A DNA stretch of 32,000 nucleotides from Candidatus Hermodarchaeota archaeon (GTDB taxonomy: Archaea > Asgardarchaeota > Heimdallarchaeia > Hodarchaeales > Hodarchaeaceae), in assembly GCA_048886185.1 (NCBI GenBank), contig JBHLKY010000008.1:90947-122946 (forward strand), read 5' to 3'. Positions 10,112 to 20,084 of this stretch are shown here, one piece after another. The notes under the pieces were generated by a model. That model was not told where the DNA came from, did not search any database, and saw only the letters and a program-made list of their open reading frames with translations. Each line of letters starts with the position of its first letter. The first letter of the stretch is position 1. The translations under genes and the position numbers were made by a program.

Positions 10112-10909
10112 TTATACAAAGAATCGTGAATCAAAGTCTCCTTCACTTTTTTCTGCTTCTATTTCTTTTGAGGATTGCCTATATAATTGTTTAAATTCTC
10201 GGGATCTTCTCTCTAATTCGCTAAATTCCCCTTCTATTCCCCATTCTGCTGTTAAAACCTTTAATAATTCTAAAGAGGAAATGGGGTCGTAATCTGAAAA
10301 AGAATCAACCACTATGATTTCTATTGGAATACTTCCTTTATACCCCCAATATGTCAAGAAAGAACTAGCTATTTGACCCATTAAGGTGAAATTAGCTTTC
10401 TCCTTATTTGTTACATTGATTTGAAGATTAGATGAGGTAATTCGATGAACTTGTGGCCTTTTTTCTATATTTCGATTAAAATTATATGCACCATCCAACA
10501 GATAAATTTTTGAGACATTTTGATTCTTATAGAACTTATATAATTCCTCAGCTAACCTATAACCAATTATATCTGGTATTGCAAAACTACTTGTAGTTAG
10601 AATAAAATTTTGAGAGTTGATTTGTGATTGTAGAATAGTAATTGGAAGCAGGATTTCTCCTGATAATAATTGAACCATTTCATTGAAGTAATTAGAGAAG
10701 AACCCAGCCAATTTTTCTGTTTTTTGGCTTAATTTTTGAACCTCGTTTGCAATCATTCGATCAACGGATCCATAGTACCCCAACATTTCTATTACAACTG
10801 TCCTTTGAATAGAATTAGGTTTGAAGTCCTTTATAAATTTGATATTTCGTTCTTCATCGGCTTTCTCAAGCCAATCTTCGATTTCTCCAGTCAAGTTTCC
10901 TAGATGCAC
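10112..10909 (-). CDS. PAC2-family (proteasome assembly chaperone-like) protein
   Basis: IGYRLAEEL...KIYLLDG, G-x-IASSFL and DPISSLELL pattern; acidic C-terminus ending in a hydrophobic FFV tail. Confidence 0.55.
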   Translation of the reverse strand: MHLGNLTGEIEDWLEKADEERNIKFIKDFKPNSIQRTVVIEMLGYYGSVDRMIANEVQKLSQKTEKLAGFFSNYFNEMVQLLSGEILLPITILQSQINSQNFILTTSSFAIPDIIGYRLAEELYKFYKNQNVSKIYLLDGAYNFNRNIEKRPQVHRITSSNLQINVTNKEKANFTLMGQIASSFLTYWGYKGSIPIEIIVVDSFSDYDPISSLELLKVLTAEWGIEGEFSELERRSREFKQLYRQSSKEIEAEKSEGDFDSRFFV

Positions 10910-10951
10910 TGATATTCCTCCAAAAAATTATGTTCAAGTATTATCCTCTAT

Positions 10952-13129
10952 TCACAACCTAAAATATTGAAGGGCATCATTCATATTAGATAATTCAATT
11001 TTTGGTTTATGACTTTCAATGAATACAGTCCTTTCTGATGGAGATCTTGTATCCAAAGCCTCTCTATTAGCTTCAAGAAACTGATTTATAGTAAGAAAAG
11101 TTGCACGATTAATAACTCCTTTTAAATCAGCTCCACTAAACCCCTCGGTTTTTTTGGCTATGTCAGAAATAGAAATCTGAGAAGATAATGGTTTATTCTT
11201 AAGATGAACTCGTAGGATTTCTTCTCGGGCCTTTTCATCTGGCATTGGTAGTTTAATGACTCGTTCAAATCTACCAGGCCTTAATAAAGCTGGGTCGAGA
11301 ATATCTGGACGATTAGAAGCCGCAATAACGATAACATCAATTAATTCCTCCAATCCATCCATTTCAGTTAAAAATGTCGTAACAATTCGATCTGTAACCC
11401 CAGCGTCAGAAATATTTGCTTTTCGTGAGGGGAGTAAAGCATCAATCTCATCGAAGAAAATAATGCATGGTGCACTCATTCTAGCTTTCCGAAAAGTTTC
11501 TTGAACAGCTCTTTCACTTTCCCCAACCCATTTTGAATGAATTTCAGACCCTTTTACGTATATAAAATTTCTGGATGATTCACTAGCAATCGCTCTAACT
11601 AACAAAGTCTTACCAGTTCCAGGAGGACCTGTTAACAGAATCCCCCGAGGAATTTCAGCTCCCAAGTAAGTAAAGATTGATGGATATTTGGATGGCCATT
11701 CAATGATTTCTTTCAATTCATTTTTTATCTCATCCAAACCTCCAACATCATCCCATACCACAGTAGGTATTTCTACAAAAACTTCTCTAAGTGCACTGGG
11801 TTTAACTTCTGTTAAGGCGAAATCAAAGTCCTCTGGTAATACTGAGATCTGATTAATGATATCTAAGGAAATTTCTTCCCCCCAGATAATTTGTGGAAAA
11901 ACACGTCTAATTGCTCGCATTGCTGCTTCTTTTGTGAGGAAGAGTAAATCCGCTCCTACAAAACCATGAGTTCGCTTCGCTAAAGCTTCTAAATCAACTC
12001 CTTCAGCTAAAGGCATAGATCGTGTATGAATTTCTAAAATGGATAATCTACCATTCTGATTAGGAATCCCAATCTCAATTTCACGATCAAAACGTCCAGG
12101 ACGACGCAATGCTGGATCAATCGCATTGGGGCGGTTTGTAGCACCAATCACAATTATCTCACCACGACTTTCTAAGCCATCCATCAAAGCCAGCATTTGC
12201 GAAACAATTCTCCTCTCAACCTCTCCTGAATTCTTTTCATCTCGCTTTGGAGCTATACTATCGATTTCATCAATAAACAGAATACTAGGTGCCTTTTCTT
12301 CAGCTTCTTTGAAAATATCCCGAATTTTTTGCTCACTTTCTCCGTAGAATTTCGACATGACCTCTGGGCCTGAAACATCAATGAAATGTGAGTCAGTCTC
12401 GCTAGCTACTGCTTTTGCCAACAGGGTTTTGCCAGTCCCAGGAGGCCCATAAAGAAGAACTCCTTTAGGTGGTTCAACTCCCAAACGCTCAAATAATTCA
12501 GGATACCGCATAGGGAGCTCAACCATCTCTCTTAACCTTTGTATTGTGTCGTCCAATCCTCCTATATCCTCATAGGCGATTTTAGGGATTAGCTTATAAT
12601 CTATAGCTTCAATATCCGAGACGACAGAAGTTGATGCAATTTCAATCGCTGTGTTTTGATCTATAAACACAGAATCTTGTTTAGGAGATATTCTTTCAAC
12701 ATTGTACTCAAAAAGTTTACCCATATATTCTAAACGTATTTTATCATCGAGGGAAAAAGCTCTCCCTTGAAGTTCCCGGTGAAGATATCCTTCTATACCC
12801 TTTAAGACATTTCCTGTTGTTGGGGTAAATATGACCTTTTCTGCTGCTGCTGTATTAGCTTTTCGGACTGTAACCAATTCATCTAAGCGAACTCCAGCGT
12901 TAGATCTTGTTGTTGCATCAATTGATATTACTGGAACCTTTTCTTCATCACTATAAGCAGGCCAAGTTATGGCAGTTGTTTTTTTACCTAAAGATCCCTC
13001 TATTAGAAGTACATCACCAGATTGTAGGTTTAATAGCCTCATATGTGCCTTTGAAATTCGAGCTATTCCTCTGCCAACATCACGATAATGTGCTTCCTTT
13101 ACTCTTAACTGAAGTTCAGTAGACTTCAT
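10952..13129 (-). CDS. cdc48: CDC48/VAT/p97 AAA+ ATPase
   Basis: N-domain DVGRGIARI; two AAA modules ([44 protein letters not shown]). Confidence 0.97.
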   Translation of the reverse strand: MKSTELQLRVKEAHYRDVGRGIARISKAHMRLLNLQSGDVLLIEGSLGKKTTAITWPAYSDEEKVPVISIDATTRSNAGVRLDELVTVRKANTAAAEKVIFTPTTGNVLKGIEGYLHRELQGRAFSLDDKIRLEYMGKLFEYNVERISPKQDSVFIDQNTAIEIASTSVVSDIEAIDYKLIPKIAYEDIGGLDDTIQRLREMVELPMRYPELFERLGVEPPKGVLLYGPPGTGKTLLAKAVASETDSHFIDVSGPEVMSKFYGESEQKIRDIFKEAEEKAPSILFIDEIDSIAPKRDEKNSGEVERRIVSQMLALMDGLESRGEIIVIGATNRPNAIDPALRRPGRFDREIEIGIPNQNGRLSILEIHTRSMPLAEGVDLEALAKRTHGFVGADLLFLTKEAAMRAIRRVFPQIIWGEEISLDIINQISVLPEDFDFALTEVKPSALREVFVEIPTVVWDDVGGLDEIKNELKEIIEWPSKYPSIFTYLGAEIPRGILLTGPPGTGKTLLVRAIASESSRNFIYVKGSEIHSKWVGESERAVQETFRKARMSAPCIIFFDEIDALLPSRKANISDAGVTDRIVTTFLTEMDGLEELIDVIVIAASNRPDILDPALLRPGRFERVIKLPMPDEKAREEILRVHLKNKPLSSQISISDIAKKTEGFSGADLKGVINRATFLTINQFLEANREALDTRSPSERTVFIESHKPKIELSNMNDALQYFRL

Positions 13130-13165
13130 GAATTGGTCGAATCTCCATCGAGGCTAATTTTAAAG

Positions 13166-13804
13166 TCAATCAACCTTTACTTTCATTTCAGTTTTATCAA
13201 AAGAAGCATTTTTCTTTAATTCGACTTCAAGAACGCCATTCTTAAACTTCGCAGATGCGGATTCAGGAAAAACAACACACGGAAGATCGAGCTCTTTGTA
13301 ATATTTCCGTTTCTTATCACCAGATTCAGCCTGAATCAGTAAACTGTTTTCAGTTGCAGATAAATCAATATTCTGTTTAGAAACACCTGGAATCTCAGCT
13401 ATCACCCGAATAACGTCTGTATCATCAATTATATCTACTAATGGCTCTCTTTCTAGCGATGGTTTAAAACCAGCACCACTACTAACCTTTCGTGGATTAT
13501 TTCCGAATCTTTCAACATGGGGACGCCCATCAGGACCCGTTGTCATACGAAAACCCCAAACAAATCCAGGAAATTTAGAACTATCACTTTCATCCATCAA
13601 GTCTCGAACATTGAGGCGCCGAAAAATATCCTCAATAAAATAATCCATTTGATCCCAAATGTTTTCAAAATTAAATCCGCCAAATTGATTCATAAAATGG
13701 CGAAAAAATTCATCAAATGGATTATCACGAGAACGTCGGCGAGGATGACGATCTTCATCATCATAATTGTCACCAGTGGGATCTGACATAAAATTTAACT
13801 CCAT
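13166..13804 (-). CDS. hsp20: Archaeal small heat-shock protein Hsp20
   Basis: REPLVDI, VIAEIPGVSK, ASAKFKNGVLEV alpha-crystallin domain; GFRMTTGPDG N-terminal motif. Confidence 0.93.
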   Translation of the reverse strand: MELNFMSDPTGDNYDDEDRHPRRRSRDNPFDEFFRHFMNQFGGFNFENIWDQMDYFIEDIFRRLNVRDLMDESDSSKFPGFVWGFRMTTGPDGRPHVERFGNNPRKVSSGAGFKPSLEREPLVDIIDDTDVIRVIAEIPGVSKQNIDLSATENSLLIQAESGDKKRKYYKELDLPCVVFPESASAKFKNGVLEVELKKNASFDKTEMKVKVD

Positions 13805-13808
13805 TAAA

Positions 13809-13827
13809 TAATTGAATGGTTCAATTA
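13809..13827. promoter_or_regulatory. Perfect 8-bp inverted repeat TAATTGAA-N3-TTCAATTA; candidate operator
   Basis: Lies 5-23 nt upstream of the hsp20 ATG. Confidence 0.45.
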
Positions 13828-14413
13828 AAGGAAATTAATTAAAATCACATAAAGCTTTCGCTTCATGTGAATAAAAACGAATGGTTTTTTTTCTGCGATT
13901 GAAAACGAAAATTTCATCCTAATAACACTTACGTAAATAAAGAAATCCATAAAACTTAAATTCATGAGTTATGAAATTAAATAATACTAATTTTTAAGGC
14001 ATTTATAGGTTAATTTTCTTAAAAAAGCATAAAAAACAGATTAAATAGGAGGATATTTTTCATACAGATTCTTTTAATGTGGCTTGGTTCTTGAAACTAG
14101 TTGCTTGACACCATGATCACATTCTCAAACTACTACGTTAAAATTTTGACCTTTTGTAAACCACATAGATATATCAATTAGATATAAGGATTAAAAATCT
14201 TTTATTTCTATAAGCCACGAAGAATCTTCAAAAAAGCTTCGATTACATAATTATATAATGATAGCAAATCATAATATTACATACAATTACTTGGAGTACA
14301 TGCCTTCAAAAAGGGAAATATGAAAAATCCTCTGAAGTCAGTATCCTATTGAGCGTTTTATAAGAATTATCAACCATGCTGAGAGTAGAAGAATCTAATA
14401 GTTGGTAGAGTGA

Positions 14414-14421
14414 TTTATAAA
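14414..14421 (+). promoter_or_regulatory. Candidate TATA box (TTTATAAA)
   Basis: About 44 nt upstream of the ATG at 14465; GGAGA SD-like motif at 14453-14457. Confidence 0.4.
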
Positions 14422-14464
14422 TATTTACATCAAGAATATAAGGAAAAATTATGGAGACACCCTT

Positions 14465-15229
14465 ATGAGTATACATAAAAGTGCTGAAGAAATTCGAAAA
14501 GTGGAGCTCAGTCTAGAAGAATTAATAAACAAATTTCAAGGCCGAGTCCAGTTAATACGAGAAGATCTACGATCTCTTGTCACTGATATAGAATCTCTTC
14601 GAAAATATATTGATGAAAGACGACGCATGTCTAATGATTATACCAGGGAAATAAGCGATCTCACAAACGATCTCCAGACATTTCATAACGAAATCAGTCA
14701 AATCGAAAATGAAATATCCTCAATCCAAAATAATATTGATACAATTAATATCCAAGTATCTCAAAAACAATCTGATTTTTTGGCAGATAAAAATAAATTT
14801 GGAATACTGGACTCTGAAAAAACAAATCTTATGACCACGCTTCACTCATTAGATGTGGAGCTTTCCTCTTTAGAAAATACTCGTGATGAATTAAAACCTA
14901 AGTTTGAAACCCGTATGAAAGCTATTACCAAAGAATATGACCGATTGAAAAAAGAGAAAGATTTTCTTGGTAATCGATTTCAAGCAATTCGAATCCTCTG
15001 TTCCAAAGATTACATCCAAAGTCCTGAGGTTGGATTGGTAAAATTCTTGGCCAAAAAGCCGAGTCCGAATTCTACTTTAACAGAGATTCGTTCCGCATTA
15101 GGTATGGATCTGGATACATTGAATTCGGTCTTAAATGGATTAGCAGAACGAAATGTCCTAGACTTCAATAAATCAGCAGGAAATGTCACCCTCCTAACCA
15201 AAATTGATTTATTTGAAAAGGAGGTTTAA
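14465..15229 (+). CDS. Long coiled-coil protein with C-terminal winged-helix domain (paralog 1)
   Basis: About 175 aa of heptad-like repeats, then SPEVGLVKFL...LTEIRSALGMD...LNGLAERNVLDF. Confidence 0.7.
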   Translation: MSIHKSAEEIRKVELSLEELINKFQGRVQLIREDLRSLVTDIESLRKYIDERRRMSNDYTREISDLTNDLQTFHNEISQIENEISSIQNNIDTINIQVSQKQSDFLADKNKFGILDSEKTNLMTTLHSLDVELSSLENTRDELKPKFETRMKAITKEYDRLKKEKDFLGNRFQAIRILCSKDYIQSPEVGLVKFLAKKPSPNSTLTEIRSALGMDLDTLNSVLNGLAERNVLDFNKSAGNVTLLTKIDLFEKEV

Positions 15230-15231
15230 TC

Positions 15232-15966
15232 ATGGACACAGATACTTTAAGAGAAAAATTCATTAGAAGCGAAGAAGCTCTAAATCGCTTAGCAGATGAT
15301 ACAAAGCAATTAGTCTTCTCTCGTGTTCAGGATCTACGAGGATCTAAAGATTATCTTGATACTCTTATCAAAGAAAAGGAAGCGGTTGATACCCAGATTA
15401 CAGAACAAGAAGCTAAAATATCGTCTCTTCAGGATGAAATTAACAACCAAGCTAACCTAAAGGACGAACTGGTTAAAAAACAAGCAAATGTAGCAAATGA
15501 ATTCCAAACAAAAAAAAGTCGCTTGGAGGAAATTCAAGGGGAGAAAAACAAAATTGCTGAAACACTTCAAATGACAAATGAGGAAATTAACAGGTTGAAA
15601 TCTGAAATCTCTCAAAAAAGAGAAAAAATCGCAATCCTCACAAAGAATATTCAAGAACTTGAAATTAAGTTAAGAACTGAGATTGAGACTAAAGAAGCTG
15701 AAAAATCAGTATTAAGGAGAGAACTCGAAACTCTGAAAGCAAATAATGCAGTAATTTCATTTTTGCTTGAGGAATCGGCAGAAGATATTCCTGAAGTAGA
15801 TATTCTTGCAGCAGTTATGAAATTAGGTAAAACATCAAAAGAAGGCTTAAAAGAAACCCTTGAAGGCCAAATATCTCCAGTAATAATTACTCGCACTCTT
15901 GGTCGCATGGCAGAAAAAAATTTGCTAATTTATGACGAATCTAATGATAGAATTTCTATCCGATAA
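15232..15966 (+). CDS. Long coiled-coil protein with C-terminal winged-helix domain (paralog 2)
   Basis: Heptad-like repeats, then IPEVDILAAV...TRTLGRMAEKNLLIY; starts 2 nt after the paralog 1 stop with a GGAGG SD. Confidence 0.7.
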   Translation: MDTDTLREKFIRSEEALNRLADDTKQLVFSRVQDLRGSKDYLDTLIKEKEAVDTQITEQEAKISSLQDEINNQANLKDELVKKQANVANEFQTKKSRLEEIQGEKNKIAETLQMTNEEINRLKSEISQKREKIAILTKNIQELEIKLRTEIETKEAEKSVLRRELETLKANNAVISFLLEESAEDIPEVDILAAVMKLGKTSKEGLKETLEGQISPVIITRTLGRMAEKNLLIYDESNDRISIR

Positions 15967-15990
15967 AGAGTTCAAGGTGATATATTCCAT

Positions 15991-17019
15991 TTGGCAGTAT
16001 TAACACAAGAGAACGAATGGATATTTTATAGAACCCTAAGGTCAGGAAAGGTGCAATGTCTGGCTTGCCCCAGACATTGTCAACTTACAGATAATGAAGT
16101 AGGCTGGTGTGGAGCTAGGATTTGCAGAGAAGGGATAATAGCTCCACGTACGTATGGTCTAATTTCATCAAAAGCAATAGATCCCATTGAAAAGAAACCA
16201 CTCTATCATTTTTTACCAGGAACTGGAATTTTATCAATTGGATCTCATGGATGTAACATGGGTTGTCTCCATTGCCAGAATCACACAATTTCAACGAGCC
16301 GCGATATCTCTTATCTAAGAAAAATGATGCCAGAGGAGTTGGTACAAGAAGCTCTCAGAAAGAATCTTCCATCCATAGCATCAACTTACAATGAACCAAT
16401 GATCGCTTTTGAGTATGTGCGGGATATCGCAGAAATCGCCCATAAACACAATTTGAAGATGATAGTCGTTGATAATGGATACATTACCAAGAGATTAGCT
16501 GAGAAACTAGGTCCTTTAATCGACGCAGCAAATATTGATGTAAAGGGATTCTCATCAGAATTTTATAGAGAAATTTGTAGTTCACCATCATGGAAACCGG
16601 TATTAAGAACTTGTGAAATTTTCCATAAGTTGGGAGTCCATTTAGAGATTACTAACCTAATAATTCCAACGAAGAATGACTCTATGGATATGATCAGAGA
16701 AATGTGTGAATGGATCTTAGATAGCTTAGATCCCAATGTCCCGTTACACTTTTCACGATTTCATCCTGATCACAAGCTTTTAAACTTACCATTTACACCT
16801 CTTAACACATTAGAAGCTGCATATGATGTTGCAAAAGAAGTTGGATTGAATTATGTCTATTTAGGAAATGTACAGACTCATAAAGGCAATGATACTTATT
16901 GTCACCAGTGTGGTAATCTCATAATTCAAAGAACAGGATTTTACAGAGTAAGAATTCGAGAAATATTAAATGGGCAATGCAAAAAATGTCAGGCTCCCAT
17001 TCCGGGCGTTTTCTCCTAA
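15991..17019 (+). CDS. AmmeMemoRadiSam-system radical SAM enzyme (PflA-like)
   Basis: GCNMGCLHCQN (CxxxCxxC), N-terminal CLACPRHC, DPIEKKPLYHFLPG, TYNEP, C-terminal CHQCG/CKKC. Confidence 0.88.
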   Translation: MAVLTQENEWIFYRTLRSGKVQCLACPRHCQLTDNEVGWCGARICREGIIAPRTYGLISSKAIDPIEKKPLYHFLPGTGILSIGSHGCNMGCLHCQNHTISTSRDISYLRKMMPEELVQEALRKNLPSIASTYNEPMIAFEYVRDIAEIAHKHNLKMIVVDNGYITKRLAEKLGPLIDAANIDVKGFSSEFYREICSSPSWKPVLRTCEIFHKLGVHLEITNLIIPTKNDSMDMIREMCEWILDSLDPNVPLHFSRFHPDHKLLNLPFTPLNTLEAAYDVAKEVGLNYVYLGNVQTHKGNDTYCHQCGNLIIQRTGFYRVRIREILNGQCKKCQAPIPGVFS

Positions 17020-17032
17020 AATAACATAAAAA

Positions 17033-17479
17033 TTAGAACACGTTTTCCATTATCAAAAAGGGAATTTCCATAATCTTCTCATTTAAAAGCGTGAAAATCG
17101 CCAATTTAGGAGTAGATCCTTCGCCTCTATTAGAACCAATTAACCATAAATATGGATATGGCCAAAAACACATGAAATATTGATCTCTTTGTGAAGGATA
17201 AAGGCTAGCTCCTTTAGGATGACTATGAAATATCCCTACAAGAATCTCTCCCTTTTCTTCATGGATCTGAATCTCTTTGTATAATACTTCGTAATCCACA
17301 GAAAATGTAATTTCAGAATTATCTAAATTTTTCATCAAAACAAAATTGGTAATTCTGATCTGATTGTTTTCAAAGGTTCCAAATCCAAGGCCTACAATTT
17401 CATTTTTTGGATTTTCCGAAAGGAGATGCATTATCTCACGATAAACAGTCGGTGATAACAACACTTCCTTTATCAGCAT
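17033..17479 (-). CDS. JAMM/MPN+ metalloprotease (Mov34/MPN/PAD-1 family)
   Basis: NEIVG Glu plus VGIFHSHP...PSQRD motif. Confidence 0.85.
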   Translation of the reverse strand: MLIKEVLLSPTVYREIMHLLSENPKNEIVGLGFGTFENNQIRITNFVLMKNLDNSEITFSVDYEVLYKEIQIHEEKGEILVGIFHSHPKGASLYPSQRDQYFMCFWPYPYLWLIGSNRGEGSTPKLAIFTLLNEKIMEIPFLIMENVF

Positions 17480-17570
17480 ATTGATCTCTCTTTTTTCAAT
17501 CCAAAGAATGAATTTTCCAATGTAATAAAAATAGATATTGAGAATACTTCACTTCTTTTCTCGTGGATTT

Positions 17571-18956
17571 TCAGGGATAATTATATAATATTTCATGAGA
17601 GGATAATATTGTAGCTTTGTGTCCAAGCTCCTCAAGTGCACGATAATAGGCCTGTTGAGCCATTGGTTCTCCATGTAAGGCATAAACCAAGGATGGAGAG
17701 CTATACCGAACCATATCGATTAACCCATCAATTGAAGTGTGACCTGAAAATTCAAATCTTTTTACTTCTAATGATAATTTGATGTCATAATAATCTCCAA
17801 ATCCATTATCAAGTGTTATATCCGTTTTACCTGAGGCAATATCCGAGCCAAGAGTTCCCTCGACCTGATATCCGACAATGTACAACCCATTAAGAGGATC
17901 ATTTCCTCCAAATCGGAGATAATCATAAACTGGCCCTCCTTCAAGCATTCCTGAAGTAGTTAGAATTATACTTGGTTTGCTTTGTGTGACTAATTTTTCA
18001 CGTTTACTCCCCCTCTTTCCTTTATAAGAAACTTCGTCAACTGTTCTAAGCCCTTCATGCTCGAAAGGAGTTCTATAACCTCTTTCCTCCAATTCTATGA
18101 GAATACGTGGTGAAACCCACTTTTTATTCAGATATTTTTGATAAACTGAATTCATATCCAAGATCATTCCATCAATATAAAGGGGAAATTTATGAAGAAA
18201 AGAATCAAAATCACTAGTAAGGTATGATTGTATTTCTTGGCTTCTTCCTAACGCAAAAGATGGAATGATTGCTTTTCCTCCGCGTGAATAACACTTTAAC
18301 AAAGATTTAGTTAAATTTGACGTAGCAAGTTTCCTACTACTCCCTATATTACGATTCGCATTCGTGGTTTCAGTTAATAATACATCAATAGGATTATCTG
18401 GATCTGGGTAAACAATAGGGTCATGATAAGGAGTTTTTGCATCATTATAGTCCCCTGTATAAAAGATCAGGGTGCCTTCCCAATCAAGGAGAATTGCAGC
18501 ACTACCTAAAATATGGCTTGCATCATAAAATTCAGCTGTAATTCCAGGCGCAACCCGAAATTTTCTATGATACTCATGTGTTTTAGTCTTCGCAAGGGCG
18601 GAATGTAAGTGAGAGATACCATAATGATGTGGTCCCTCAATTTTTAAGTGATCTTTCCAGAGAATGTCCACGATATCTTTGGTAGGGGTGGTCATATGTA
18701 CCTGTTCTTTATAACCAGCCCGATATAAAGCAGGAATGTACGCAGAATGATCTATATGAGCATGAGATAGCACCACAGAAGCAATGTCTTCACAAAATTC
18801 ATCTACTCCTTCTGGTGGAGTTGATAATTTACCTGTTCTACGGGGATGAAGCTCAATACCTGCATCTAAGAGGACACGTCGGTCTTCTTCATCGGAAATC
18901 ATGACACAAGATTTCCCCACTGAATCCGCTGCACCGAAAACTGTAATTTCTAGCAT
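17571..18956 (-). CDS. beta-CASP metallo-beta-lactamase ribonuclease (aCPSF-like, no KH domains)
   Basis: SHAHIDH, HILGS, YTGDY, SFALGRSQE, TTSGMLEGGP, FSGH and HGE motifs. Confidence 0.9.
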   Translation of the reverse strand: MLEITVFGAADSVGKSCVMISDEEDRRVLLDAGIELHPRRTGKLSTPPEGVDEFCEDIASVVLSHAHIDHSAYIPALYRAGYKEQVHMTTPTKDIVDILWKDHLKIEGPHHYGISHLHSALAKTKTHEYHRKFRVAPGITAEFYDASHILGSAAILLDWEGTLIFYTGDYNDAKTPYHDPIVYPDPDNPIDVLLTETTNANRNIGSSRKLATSNLTKSLLKCYSRGGKAIIPSFALGRSQEIQSYLTSDFDSFLHKFPLYIDGMILDMNSVYQKYLNKKWVSPRILIELEERGYRTPFEHEGLRTVDEVSYKGKRGSKREKLVTQSKPSIILTTSGMLEGGPVYDYLRFGGNDPLNGLYIVGYQVEGTLGSDIASGKTDITLDNGFGDYYDIKLSLEVKRFEFSGHTSIDGLIDMVRYSSPSLVYALHGEPMAQQAYYRALEELGHKATILSSHEILYNYP

Positions 18957-19174
18957 TTTTAATCAATTGTGGGGCCAATGAATAATTAAATTTTGTATCT
19001 TTACCTTCTGAAAACCGAAACATACTAAAAAAGTTTTTTGGGGTTTTACAAAGAGAATCAAAAGAAAAAATTTCCTCTGGTAAAGGAAAAAGTAAGTTAA
19101 CTTGAGAGTTATCCAAAAAAACTGTTCCATCAAGGAAAAGTCTAAAAGGTTATTCAGATGATTAAATATACCGA

Positions 19175-19891
19175 GTGAAAATGACTGTAGATCCTCAACA
19201 AGTTCCTCTTTCAGGAATACCAATCGGCATTTTTTTAATGTTTATTGGATCATTACTTGAATTTCCAAGCCTTTATAATCTAGGTTTTCTAATTTTTATT
19301 GTATCGGTCGTACTTGTCTTTGTTCAATGGTTAGCGAGTGGTGGCGCTGTTGAACTTCTGAATTGGCTTCCAATGATTATGATTCTCGCAATCATTCTAA
19401 CTTTAAGCAGTGATTTCGTATCCCAATCAAGTGAAACTCAAACTTTTACCTGGCCCCTAATTATCATTGTGTTAATTATTATCATTTCTTTTTTTAGTAC
19501 ACAGGGCGGCGATCTAAGTTTTATTATGCCTTTTTTACCAATTTTAATTGGGATATGTCTTTTAGGATTTGTCAGCGGGTTTTTTATCTGGAATGACCCC
19601 ATTCGAGGATTGGCTTATAGTATTGGGGTATTAGGTATCCTAATAATGGTCATTTGGTTAAGAGTGCGTAAATCGCAACAAATGACTCCTGTAGCTGGGG
19701 AACGAACCCACTTAATTGGAAAAAATGGGATAACTATCTCAGCAATAACTCCCAAGCAAGAGGGGCGAATAAAATTGGGAGGAGCTATCTGGAAGGCACA
19801 ATCAGATATTCCAATTGATGAAAATGAGACGATAGTAGTTGTAGGGATTGCTGAAGATCAATTAATTCTAAAAGTTAAACCTGTAAAATAG
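19175..19891 (+). CDS. NfeD-family membrane protein (TM helices plus C-terminal OB fold)
   Basis: Several TM segments; LIGKNGITISAITP..GRIKLGGAIWKA..D..I...E.IVVV. Confidence 0.8.
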   Translation: MKMTVDPQQVPLSGIPIGIFLMFIGSLLEFPSLYNLGFLIFIVSVVLVFVQWLASGGAVELLNWLPMIMILAIILTLSSDFVSQSSETQTFTWPLIIIVLIIIISFFSTQGGDLSFIMPFLPILIGICLLGFVSGFFIWNDPIRGLAYSIGVLGILIMVIWLRVRKSQQMTPVAGERTHLIGKNGITISAITPKQEGRIKLGGAIWKAQSDIPIDENETIVVVGIAEDQLILKVKPVK

Positions 19892-19980
19892 TTAGTGAAA
19901 GAGTTTTTCCGCTCAGAATTTTTATTAGAACTTCATCTAATCCCATGAATTAGTCATATATCCTTATTAAAATATATTAA

Positions 19981-20057
19981 GGGCCGGTGGTCTAGCTCGG
20001 TATGACGGCTGCCTCACACGCAGCAAATCACTAGTTCAAATCTGGTCCGGCCCACCA
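19981..20057 (+). tRNA. tRNA-Val(CAC), intronless, CCA encoded
   Basis: Acceptor stem GGGCCGG/CCGGCCC; anticodon arm GCTGC-CTCACAC-GCAGC; T-loop TTCAAAT; ends ACCA. Confidence 0.97.
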
Positions 20058-20084
20058 TGATTTTCTGTTAAAAGTCAATACTTT

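Noticed and set aside
10667-10679. 13-nt partial match (TAATTGAACCATT) to the hsp20 upstream palindrome
   Set aside because: It lies inside the PAC2-like coding sequence, is not a full palindrome, and is plausible by chance in AT-rich DNA.
13830-14410. Small ORFs and TTCAT-N5-ATGAA-type palindromes in the hsp20/coiled-coil intergenic region
   Set aside because: The ORFs are under 20 codons with no features, and the short AT-rich palindromes are not distinguishable from background.
19175-20057. tRNA-Val as an integration site, or NfeD as part of an SPFH operon
   Set aside because: I saw no integrase or att-like duplication of the tRNA 3' end, and no stomatin/SPFH gene is adjacent.
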